Of a DNA stretch of 64,000 nucleotides, positions 1 through 7,274 are shown one piece after another. The notes beneath the pieces are model-generated. The model made no database searches and was not told the origin of the DNA. It saw only the letters and a list, made by a program, of their open reading frames with translations. How positions within the stretch are numbered: the stretch's first letter is position 1; each line of letters begins with the position of its first letter. Origin of the DNA: Candidatus Saccharimonadales bacterium (GTDB lineage Bacteria; Patescibacteriota; Saccharimonadia; Saccharimonadales; DASZAF01); the NCBI GenBank assembly GCA_035945435.1, contig DASZAF010000016.1, forward strand, positions 359 through 64,358, read 5' to 3'. A program made the translations under genes and the position numbers.

Positions 1-469
1 TGCCAGCTGTTTTGCCTTTAATCTGCACTCCTCGATACTTCATAAAGTCAGCATCAAAATCTAGTGGGAAGTTGTCTTTAATTAAACGGGGAGTTTGCCG
101 AGCTAGATTAAACATCATAGTAACTGCCCACTCTGCTACGGCCTGAGTTGAGAAGTTCTTGATATTACAAATAGGTATGCCACGCTTATCGGCAGTGTCT
201 TTATCAATATATCCAAAGGCAGTTGAAGCAACTAAAATAGCTTTAAGATTAGGTATATTCTCATAGTCTTTACTTGTGAGCTTCCAACCAATGTAGTCAG
301 GGTTAAGACACAGCAAGCGTTCTTCATTACCAGCGAACAACTCTGGCGTTTCACTCAATGGTTTTACATCAGTTATAACAGTAAGGTCTGCTTTGCTTTC
401 AGCTAATTGTTCCTCAAGCTTTTCATCAACTAACTTTGTCCATAGAGGGTCAAATATAAATACTTTCAT
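1..469 (-). CDS. D-isomer-specific 2-hydroxyacid dehydrogenase family protein (N-terminal part only; the gene runs off the left edge)
   Basis: Not in the ORF track because it is truncated. Reverse-strand translation from the ATG at 469-467 gives MKVFIFDPLW...AILVASTAFGYIDKDTADKRGIPICNIKNFSTQAVAEWAVTMMFNLARQ...GVQIKGKTAG. This is typical of the catalytic-to-NAD-binding domain junction of D-2-hydroxyacid dehydrogenases. Confidence 0.6.
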   Translation of the reverse strand, partial: MKVFIFDPLWTKLVDEKLEEQLAESKADLTVITDVKPLSETPELFAGNEERLLCLNPDYIGWKLTSKDYENIPNLKAILVASTAFGYIDKDTADKRGIPICNIKNFSTQAVAEWAVTMMFNLARQTPRLIKDNFPLDFDADFMKYRGVQIKGKTAG

Positions 470-503
470 GGTCTAATAATACCTTATTTACCGCCTAAAA
501 TTG

Positions 504-523
504 TATAATACAGATAGTAGGAG
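504..523 (+). promoter_or_regulatory. Putative -10 box (TATAAT, 504-509) and Shine-Dalgarno (AGGAG, 519-523) for the DUF4236 gene
   Basis: The motif ttgTATAATa is followed by tAGGAGat, which lies 6 nt before the ATG at 530. Confidence 0.35.
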
Positions 524-529
524 ATATGT

Positions 530-1693
530 ATGTCATTGCGATACCGCAGGTCAATAAGACTAGCAAAGGGAGTAAAGCTTAATCTAACTAAAACTGGTGT
601 AGGCATGACTGTTGGCGGTAAAGGCGCACACTATTCTGTTCATAGTAGTGGACGTCGCACCGCTTCAGTGGGTATGCCAGGCACGGGACTTTACTACCAA
701 AAGCGAACTAGTAGCAAATCACGCGATGCCGTCACACCACGCACGACCACTGCACCACAGCCGAGTGTACATGCTACACCGGCACAGCAAAAACAAGCTA
801 ATGCGATAGGAAGTACAGATGACGCGCTAAAGGTGACAAGTGATAGCTACGCACTATTTCGTACACAACTTACTACTCTGCTTGAATGGCGTAAAGTAAA
901 ACGTGCTGAGGTTACAGAGGCAAAGTCACAGCTTAAAACATTGACTGCTCACTACAATCGAAGACGCGCAATGGTGTTGAAACGATTTTATGTTGACGCA
1001 GAAGCGGCGATGAACCAGCAAGCAGAGGTAGTAGCGTCACTTGAGCAAGAACTCAATGAGAAGTCCATGAGTTTGTCTTTTGCAAATAGTCCACAATTTG
1101 CCAGCACATGGACAGACTGTGTCACTACGTTTAATGAGCTAATGGGGAGCGAACGAGTCTGGGACATCACATACTCAACTGCCGTAAACAAGTTCAAAGA
1201 CCGGAGCGTTGCTAACAATAGCTTCAATCGTACTTTGATACAAGAAACTCCCGAGCCATTGGCATACATAAATAGTGATGTTGACTGCTTAGCATTACCT
1301 GGTGCCAATAATTCAAGTATCTACATTTATCCAACGTTTCTCTTAATCTTTAGGAGTTACCATGAGTTTGGCATCTTCGACTTGAAAGAGGTTCGCCCTG
1401 GAATACATTTGACCAAGTTTATCGAAAGCGAAGGAGTGCCAAAGGATACTGTTGTCGTAGGTCAAACTTGGTATAAGACCAACAAAGACGGTACCAAGGA
1501 CAAACGCTTCAACGGCAACTACCAGATACCCATAGTTCAGTATGGAGAGCTGCTATTTGAGAGTGCTAAGGGACTGCAAGAGTTCTATATGTTCAGCAAC
1601 ATTAAGGCGTTTGCTTCATTTTCAAAGGCGCTTGCAGCACACTACCAAGTAATCGCAAAAACAAAAACTCAAGCAACGGCTATAAGAAGCTAG
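530..1693 (+). CDS. DUF4236 domain-containing protein
   Basis: The N-terminus MSLRYRRSIRLAKGVKLNLTKTGVGMTVGGKGAHYSV matches the DUF4236 signature (basic R-x-x-K-G-V-x-L-N-L-S/T-K-x-G). The C-terminal 200 aa have no family I recognise. Confidence 0.6.
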   Translation: MSLRYRRSIRLAKGVKLNLTKTGVGMTVGGKGAHYSVHSSGRRTASVGMPGTGLYYQKRTSSKSRDAVTPRTTTAPQPSVHATPAQQKQANAIGSTDDALKVTSDSYALFRTQLTTLLEWRKVKRAEVTEAKSQLKTLTAHYNRRRAMVLKRFYVDAEAAMNQQAEVVASLEQELNEKSMSLSFANSPQFASTWTDCVTTFNELMGSERVWDITYSTAVNKFKDRSVANNSFNRTLIQETPEPLAYINSDVDCLALPGANNSSIYIYPTFLLIFRSYHEFGIFDLKEVRPGIHLTKFIESEGVPKDTVVVGQTWYKTNKDGTKDKRFNGNYQIPIVQYGELLFESAKGLQEFYMFSNIKAFASFSKALAAHYQVIAKTKTQATAIRS

Positions 1694-1750
1694 ACGCTAC
1701 TACAGTTGCTTAGCATTAGCCTTCTAAGTGAGGTTTATAATATATATGGT

Positions 1751-3112
1751 ATGAGCGCAAGGAAGAATAGTAAGAAATCTCAAAAAGCATACAAACCAAA
1801 GCCGCCAAAGGTAGGTACTGATGTTGGTGAAGAAGAGAAACGCTATAAAGCATTTACTGAGCTGGCTATAAAAGGCGGTGCTGAACTTCGTAAAAAACTC
1901 AAGTTAAGCGAAGATGCGTTCTCATTAGTCTATGGCCCTAATACTGGTAACCCCAAGAAATACTATCTTACGGGGGTTTTGAATGAAGTCGAAAAGGCCG
2001 GTATGGCCATGATGTATACGGCTGACTTTGTCGTAGAAAGCAAGAAAAAACCAGAGCCAGAAATAACTGACGCTACAGGTTATCGGATTGCGAACAATGC
2101 TATCCAAGTCAAGATTGATGAATTAACAGTTTCTGAGCGAAAGTTGACCGAAACGTTGGTTGACTTAGTGGGTTTTCGGCGCGCAGATGAGGCAGACTAT
2201 TATCGACATTACATCGTACTCCACGAATTAGATGCCAAGAAGAAAATCCAGAATGACATGCATGAGTTTTCAGGAGTGAAGAGTAAAAACCTTGCTTTCC
2301 AGATTGAAGAACTTGAAAAACAAGCTGATGCGCTAGCGGCCAAGCTTGACCCAGCAAAGTGCTGGTATGCCAAGAAGCGTCGTGGCGTTCTGACAAGGAA
2401 TATCAGCACGTTTAGCGAGCGATTTAAAGAAGTTTTCCCTTACATGAAAGAGTATGAACAGGCGACACTTTACACTTATGGCGCATCGTTTGGTAGACAA
2501 AGCGGGTTCCTGCATTCTGGTAAGCCAGTGGAGCGACGTAAGTTAACCCTTAATACTTTAGGTGCACACGTCGGTCGTATTGGCACTTTAGCACCGGGTG
2601 TTCTAACGGCTACAAAAGACCTAGGCCACTTAAACAACGTCAAAGGCATCTTAAAAACTATATCCGACGTAACAAAGAAGAATGATTACCCCATTAAGCT
2701 CTTCAGGCAAAAAACAAAGCCGAAAATAGTTGAGGGTGATTTTGTGGTAACAGTTTGGGGTAGCCTGGGTCAAGTTACAAAAGTTATCAAAAGTAAATAT
2801 GGTTATAAAAGCTTTCGAGTAAAGTACTTAACTGATATGCCCTTACCTGACATGCCGGTTGACGATTTTCCCGCTGAAAATGTTCGATTAGTCTACGCTA
2901 GGAAGCCACTCGTTGAGCAATTAAGGCAAGAAATACATAAGGCCACGCCCGAACTAAAACCTGGTACGAGAGAGCTAAACAAATTGATGACCGAGAGCGT
3001 TTTACACCTATGGAATAACGTCGGTCTCAAGGAGTTCACGCTTAACAACCCGAAAGCTGGTTATGAAAAAATTCAACAGGAAATTGATAGGATAAATTCT
3101 CCCAAGAAATAG
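1751..3112 (+). CDS. Hypothetical protein (453 aa, lysine-rich N-terminus)
   Basis: Long ORF. The ATG at 1751 (MSARKNSKK) is preferred over the TTG at 1706 given in the track. No recognisable domain. Confidence 0.45.
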   Translation: MSARKNSKKSQKAYKPKPPKVGTDVGEEEKRYKAFTELAIKGGAELRKKLKLSEDAFSLVYGPNTGNPKKYYLTGVLNEVEKAGMAMMYTADFVVESKKKPEPEITDATGYRIANNAIQVKIDELTVSERKLTETLVDLVGFRRADEADYYRHYIVLHELDAKKKIQNDMHEFSGVKSKNLAFQIEELEKQADALAAKLDPAKCWYAKKRRGVLTRNISTFSERFKEVFPYMKEYEQATLYTYGASFGRQSGFLHSGKPVERRKLTLNTLGAHVGRIGTLAPGVLTATKDLGHLNNVKGILKTISDVTKKNDYPIKLFRQKTKPKIVEGDFVVTVWGSLGQVTKVIKSKYGYKSFRVKYLTDMPLPDMPVDDFPAENVRLVYARKPLVEQLRQEIHKATPELKPGTRELNKLMTESVLHLWNNVGLKEFTLNNPKAGYEKIQQEIDRINSPKK

Positions 3113-3113
3113 G

Positions 3114-3410
3114 TTACTGACACTGCACTCCACCAACTCCTATTAAGTGCACAATAGACAGCCTAATCATATTTAATAATCCGTGGTCTACTAAGCAGTG
3201 CCCTGTAGCCTGCCTAACGCTGATTATTGACCATATGACGAGGCAGCCTACTAGAGCAAACCATGTAATAAGGTAAACTTTTGTGTCAATTCCTTCTGAA
3301 TGAGAAGGCTTTGAGCCGACTTTTGCCATGATAGTACTTATTAGAAGTGCGATAGCACCGCTAATAAAAACAGTCCCCCAAAATGTTAAGAACAGTACTA
3401 GCAATATCAT
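3114..3410 (-). CDS. Small membrane protein (98 aa, 2-3 predicted TM helices)
   Basis: Hydrophobic segments MILLVLFLTFWGTVFISGAIALLISTIM and VYLITWFALVGCLVIWSII. It lies downstream of the 76-aa membrane protein gene on the same strand. Confidence 0.4.
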   Translation of the reverse strand: MILLVLFLTFWGTVFISGAIALLISTIMAKVGSKPSHSEGIDTKVYLITWFALVGCLVIWSIISVRQATGHCLVDHGLLNMIRLSIVHLIGVGGVQCQ

Positions 3411-3459
3411 ATTATTCCAACCCTGCCTATTACTAGGGTCTGAGTGTATGTGGAGTTCT

Positions 3460-3690
3460 TCATGCTTTCTTACCTGACTGCTTGCGCTTGTTTAAAACCT
3501 TTTGTGCATACACGAGATACACGACAAGTCCAAAAATACTGCATAAAAATCCTATGAATTCCACAAGTAGCGCTTTCGGCATATCGACAGGCAATTTATT
3601 GCGCTTATAGGCTCTGTGGCAGTAAATCCAGAACAGTATAAATGCAATTGCTCCAATACTTTGACCAACTTGCTGTGCATTGCTTTCCAT
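3460..3690 (-). CDS. Small membrane protein (76 aa, 2 TM helices)
   Basis: A strong Shine-Dalgarno (GAGGAG) sits 5 nt upstream of the ATG at 3690. Two hydrophobic helices are present (IGAIAFILFWIY and FIGFLCSIFGLVVYLVY). Confidence 0.5.
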   Translation of the reverse strand: MESNAQQVGQSIGAIAFILFWIYCHRAYKRNKLPVDMPKALLVEFIGFLCSIFGLVVYLVYAQKVLNKRKQSGKKA

Positions 3691-3720
3691 TCAATCTCCT
3701 CTTGAATTTTCCTGCGGCCA

Positions 3721-3748
3721 AAAATAAAAAACGACACCGCAAGGTGTC
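3721..3748 (-). terminator. Intrinsic terminator (minus strand)
   Basis: On the minus strand the sequence reads GACACC-TTGC-GGTGTC followed by GTTTTTTATTTT. This is a perfect 6-bp GC-rich stem with a tetraloop and a U-run. Confidence 0.7.
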
Positions 3749-3853
3749 TAAAGCCATTCACAAGTCAGCTTTCGCCGAAATGCTTATGCGGTGCCGTTTC
3801 TCACGGCGAACCGCAATTAAATTGCGCTTCTGACTTGATAATGACTTTAGACG
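3722..3853 (-). ncRNA. Candidate structured RNA of about 130 nt (sRNA, or cis-regulatory leader of the two small membrane-protein genes)
   Basis: An extended -10 promoter lies just upstream. The helices are nested: 3746-3753/3845-3852, 3755-3758/3840-3843 and 3761-3768/3830-3837, enclosing hairpins 3771-3777/3804-3810 and 3812-3817/3821-3826. An intrinsic terminator follows. There is no ORF on this strand. Confidence 0.45.
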
Positions 3854-3859
3854 TTGGTA

Positions 3860-3868
3860 ATTATACCA
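3860..3868 (-). promoter_or_regulatory. Extended -10 promoter (TGgTATAAT on the minus strand)
   Basis: The reverse complement of 3860-3868 is TGGTATAAT. The predicted transcription start, about 7 nt downstream, coincides with the outer helix of the structured RNA. Confidence 0.45.
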
Positions 3869-3993
3869 TTTACCCCTGTAATCCCCAAGCATAAGCGTAA
3901 AAATAAAACCCCTAGTGCTTGCTGTCTAACCCCTTATACACGAAAATATAGGAACGGGTGTGGGCGAAAACAAGTATGAATATGGGAATGTAA

Positions 3994-4749
3994 ATGAACC
4001 TAAAAGCTCAAGTTAAACATATTGAAGGCAAAAGTTTAGCCTGGCGCAGGCTTGCCGTATTCTTTAGAGAAGAGTCAATCTATGAGCTAATCAAAACCCT
4101 GGGTATTTATTCGCGAAAAGGCTATTTTGAGTATGAGCTTAGGATTAGTAGTGGATACTATGACTGGACACAGGCTCGTCGGGATATACAGTTTCGCACA
4201 GATGTTTTTCAGCCGTCTCTTGGCTTTAAGGGGCTATATCAACAAGACCCCTATGGGTTACATGTTAAAGGCAAGTTACCACTCTCAGAGAAAGAAATAA
4301 ATGAAGTCGTAGAAAAACTGCCGCCTGATATAGCCGAAAAGTATTTATTATTCAGCCTGACAAATATCAATCAGGGCAAATTCATGAAGCTCATTTCTAA
4401 GTTACTAGATGAAAATAGTGCTGACGATGACATATTTTATCCACCAGTTCAGTATCGAGAACTGAAGGTTGATGGTGATGGAATTTATTATAAAAACAAG
4501 CCGTTTGAAATGGACTACCCCCATCGGCAAGCTATGCGTATTTTGATAGAAAAGAAAGGCAAACCTTGCGATTACGAAGATTTTAAGGACGATGACGCAG
4601 GGATTTTTATTAAAAGCATTAGAGAATACCCTAATATCAATCACACCATACGTAACCTTATCTATGAATTACGCGGTGAATTACTGATTAACACGGGTAA
4701 GCGACTTATCGAGAACCATGAAAAAGGTGGCTGGTATCTAGATATTTGA
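3994..4749 (+). CDS. Hypothetical protein with a possible C-terminal winged-helix (OmpR/PhoB-type) DNA-binding domain
   Basis: The C-terminus ...QAMRILIEKKGKPCDYEDF...INHTIRNLIYELRGELLINTGKRLIENHEKGGWYLDI resembles the trans_reg_C pattern (recognition helix plus a terminal beta-hairpin G-x-G-Y/W-x-L). The gene is monocistronic with its own terminator. Confidence 0.35.
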   Translation: MNLKAQVKHIEGKSLAWRRLAVFFREESIYELIKTLGIYSRKGYFEYELRISSGYYDWTQARRDIQFRTDVFQPSLGFKGLYQQDPYGLHVKGKLPLSEKEINEVVEKLPPDIAEKYLLFSLTNINQGKFMKLISKLLDENSADDDIFYPPVQYRELKVDGDGIYYKNKPFEMDYPHRQAMRILIEKKGKPCDYEDFKDDDAGIFIKSIREYPNINHTIRNLIYELRGELLINTGKRLIENHEKGGWYLDI

Positions 4750-4780
4750 CCGCAACTATTACTGACAACTGACTGACCCT

Positions 4781-4810
4781 ACACCCCTCATACTCAGGGG
4801 TGTTTTTAGT
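4781..4810 (+). terminator. Intrinsic terminator
   Basis: ACACCCCT-catactc-AGGGGTGT forms an 8-bp perfect stem and is followed by TTTTTAGTTT. Confidence 0.75.
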
Positions 4811-4819
4811 TTAAGGAGC

Positions 4820-5071
4820 ATGTCTATGGATATGGACGAACCAGTCATTAGAATACACGATTTGGGGCTTGCGGCTGCGCTGGTGAGCCACGACTTCAAG
4901 TTACATGCTACTGACCGTGACCAAAATGGCCGCCTCTACTTTATCTTTAGACAAACTGACAACCTAACTCAAGACATTGACGCATATTGGGCTGACACAC
5001 TCGTCGTTAAGGCGCGGACGTACTCAGACAATATCAAGATGCTTAAATCACGGATTTACGGAGAGCGGTAA
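4820..5071 (+). CDS. Hypothetical small protein (83 aa)
   Basis: The ORF has a Shine-Dalgarno (AAGGAG) upstream. No confident family assignment. Confidence 0.4.
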   Translation: MSMDMDEPVIRIHDLGLAAALVSHDFKLHATDRDQNGRLYFIFRQTDNLTQDIDAYWADTLVVKARTYSDNIKMLKSRIYGER

Positions 5072-5073
5072 CT

Positions 5074-5271
5074 ATGCGGCTCAGTGCAAGTTTAATAGCG
5101 AAGTTTCAGAAAAGGTACTTTGAGACCTTCGGTGAAGCTATTACGGCGGAACTCGCCGAATCGGAGCTGTTGAGTCTTGCCGAGCTGGTAGAGATTACGC
5201 GGAAGTTAGTCAAAGCAACCAATAAGGGAAATGGCAATGAAAAACAATCAAGCACCAAAAACCACAGTTGA
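5074..5271 (+). CDS. Hypothetical small helical protein (65 aa)
   Basis: The ORF starts 2 nt after the upstream stop, which suggests translational coupling. No recognised domain. Confidence 0.35.
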   Translation: MRLSASLIAKFQKRYFETFGEAITAELAESELLSLAELVEITRKLVKATNKGNGNEKQSSTKNHS

Positions 5272-6754
5272 CCAAATAATTGCTGCCTTGACGGAAAGTG
5301 CTGTTAAGCTTTTTCACGACCAGTACAATGAGCCGTATATTGCTTACGACGGCAACGGCAGTAACGTCAGCAAAGTTCATTCAAATATAGCCAAGCTATG
5401 GCTAGTTCACTATTGTCACACCCAGCTAGGCAAAGTTCCTAGCACTGATGCAGTCAACCGTGTGCTGGATACACTGGCGGCACGCGCCCACTTTGACGGT
5501 AAGCAGCATGCTCTGGAAGCTCGCAGCGTCTACAACAAAGAGGGCTTGTGGTACGACCTTGGTGGCAGTGCTGTACATGTCACGCCGGAACGGTGGGAAG
5601 TCATCGAGCAGCCGCCAATCATTTTTAGGCGCTTCTCACATCAAAAACCCCAGGTTGTACCACGGCGCGGCGGAGACCTACGAGCACTCTTAAAGTATGT
5701 CAATATAACCGACGAAGCCGAACAACTACTGTTTCTGGTCTACGTTGTGGCAGCATTTATACCTGACTACCCGCACCCACTCTTAATCCTGCATGGTATA
5801 CAAGGTGCTGGTAAAACTACGCCGATGATGATTATGAAAGACCTGATTGACCCGTCGTCGCTTAGAGAGGGTTTTTCACTGCCCAGCAAAGAGAGTGAAT
5901 TTGCCCAAATCGCCAACCATCATTACTTCTTATTCTTCGACAACCTTTCGACGATGCCCGAAGCGTTTTCTGATACCCTGGCCAGGGCGGTGACTGGCGG
6001 TAGTTTTAGTAAGCGCGGCCTGTACACCGATGACGACGATGTTATCTACCGCTTTCAAAGGACTATTGCCCTTAATAGCATCAACCAGGTGGTCTACAAA
6101 TCCGACCTGCTAGACCGCTCAATCCTTATACATTTAGAGCGCATTAGCGAGGATAAACGCAAGCCGTCCCAGCTTTTCTGGGCTGAGTTTGAGCATGACC
6201 TGCCAGACATACTGGGTGCAATCTTTGATGTATCAGTTAAGGCTCTCGCGTTGCGACCAAACGTTAAGCTCGACAAAGCAACCCGAATGGCCGACTTTTT
6301 ACACTGGGGCTATGCTATTGCAGAAGCAGCCGGATATAGCGGCAAGGCATTCGAGCAAGCTTACTACGCCAACATCGCCACCCAGCATGACGAAGCGATT
6401 GAGGCCAATCCAGTCGCTCAGGCAATCATGGAGTTTATTAAAGACCAGGCAACGTGGACGGGCACGCCATCCGAACTATACGCACTGCTCACCCCGATAG
6501 CGTTCAAACTGGGGGTTAGTAATAGCCGAGGCTGGCCAAAAGATGCACCACGGCTTGGCAGGGTGCTGGAAATCCTAACCCCAAACCTTGCTGCTAAGGG
6601 TATCGTGCTAGAGCGGTCACGCGCTCAACAACGACTAATAACCATAACTAATACTACTGTCGTTACTGTCGTTACTGACGTTACCCCTGTAATAAATGCC
6701 TCTGATGATGACGGTACGACGGCAACGACGGCACAATCGGAGTTTAAGATGTAA
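5231..6754 (+). CDS. P-loop NTPase, phage/plasmid SF3 (D5/P4-alpha-like) helicase family; putative replication protein of the element
   Basis: Walker A is LHGIQGAGKTT and Walker B-like is YFLFFDNLS. Next comes LARAVTGGSFSKRGLYTDDDDVIYRFQRTIALNSIN...DLLDRSILIHLERI. That pattern resembles the D5/P4-type block (lTGgD-x-i-x-R-x-lY...f-x-p...N...d-x-a-x-x-R). Confidence 0.55.
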   Translation: MAMKNNQAPKTTVDQIIAALTESAVKLFHDQYNEPYIAYDGNGSNVSKVHSNIAKLWLVHYCHTQLGKVPSTDAVNRVLDTLAARAHFDGKQHALEARSVYNKEGLWYDLGGSAVHVTPERWEVIEQPPIIFRRFSHQKPQVVPRRGGDLRALLKYVNITDEAEQLLFLVYVVAAFIPDYPHPLLILHGIQGAGKTTPMMIMKDLIDPSSLREGFSLPSKESEFAQIANHHYFLFFDNLSTMPEAFSDTLARAVTGGSFSKRGLYTDDDDVIYRFQRTIALNSINQVVYKSDLLDRSILIHLERISEDKRKPSQLFWAEFEHDLPDILGAIFDVSVKALALRPNVKLDKATRMADFLHWGYAIAEAAGYSGKAFEQAYYANIATQHDEAIEANPVAQAIMEFIKDQATWTGTPSELYALLTPIAFKLGVSNSRGWPKDAPRLGRVLEILTPNLAAKGIVLERSRAQQRLITITNTTVVTVVTDVTPVINASDDDGTTATTAQSEFKM

Positions 6755-6824
6755 CACATAATCAAGATAACAATAAGGGGAAAGATATTTAAGATGCTAG
6801 TCAATAATTTTAAGGAGGTTAGAG

Positions 6825-7091
6825 ATGGACAAATTAAACAATAAAACCGGTATTACTTTTCGCCTACAAGTCAAAGACTATAAGTTCAGAAGTGATGAAG
6901 GCAACACCTTCGATTTTGAAGATTGCACCGATTTGCATAGACTTTTTGCTTGGGCAATCGGCCATGTTGTAGATGAGTATGTATTTGAAGAACTACTTAA
7001 AGGTGATATTTCCAATATAACGATTGTGCTAAGCCCTGATAACTTAAAGGAGGAAGACTTTGTGACCGAAAATACAGGGTATAAGCTCTAA
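6825..7091 (+). CDS. Hypothetical protein (88 aa)
   Basis: The ORF is preceded by the Shine-Dalgarno AAGGAGG. No recognised domain. Confidence 0.4.
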   Translation: MDKLNNKTGITFRLQVKDYKFRSDEGNTFDFEDCTDLHRLFAWAIGHVVDEYVFEELLKGDISNITIVLSPDNLKEEDFVTENTGYKL

Positions 7092-7158
7092 CAATATGGA
7101 GATAGATATGTACGACAACACTTTAATAAGCTATAATATAAATGTTTTCACATCTGGT

Positions 7159-7184
7159 AGACACGCTGTTCGTGTTTTTATTTC
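7159..7184 (+). terminator. Intrinsic terminator-like hairpin
   Basis: agACACG-ctgtt-CGTGTtt is followed by TTTATTT. Confidence 0.45.
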
Positions 7185-7194
7185 TGCTCTTCAA

Positions 7195-7259
7195 GGGCAG
7201 CATGGTGCAGAAAGAAGCGAATAGCGACTGGATGTGAAAACAGCCATGCTGTCCTTTTT
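7195..7259 (+). promoter_or_regulatory. Long-range hairpin plus T-run immediately upstream of the recombinase gene (possible attenuator)
   Basis: GGGCAGCATGG (7195-7205) pairs with CCATGCTGTCC (7244-7254) over 11 bp, including one G-T pair, with a 38-nt loop. TTTTT follows at 7255-7259, 16 nt before the ATG at 7275. Confidence 0.35.
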
Positions 7260-7274
7260 GATAGGAATAAAACC

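Noticed and set aside
3872-3934. Three copies of ACCCCT (3872-3877, 3908-3913 and 3929-3934) considered as iterons of an element origin
   Set aside because: A 6-mer with irregular spacing (36 and 21 nt) is too short to distinguish from chance without statistics or comparative data.
7096-7224. 42-aa ORF (MEIDMYDNTLISYNINVF...) upstream of the recombinase, considered as a possible excisionase or RDF
   Set aside because: It has no Shine-Dalgarno. The ORF spans the terminator hairpin at 7159-7184 and enters the next stem. It has no HTH-like pattern.
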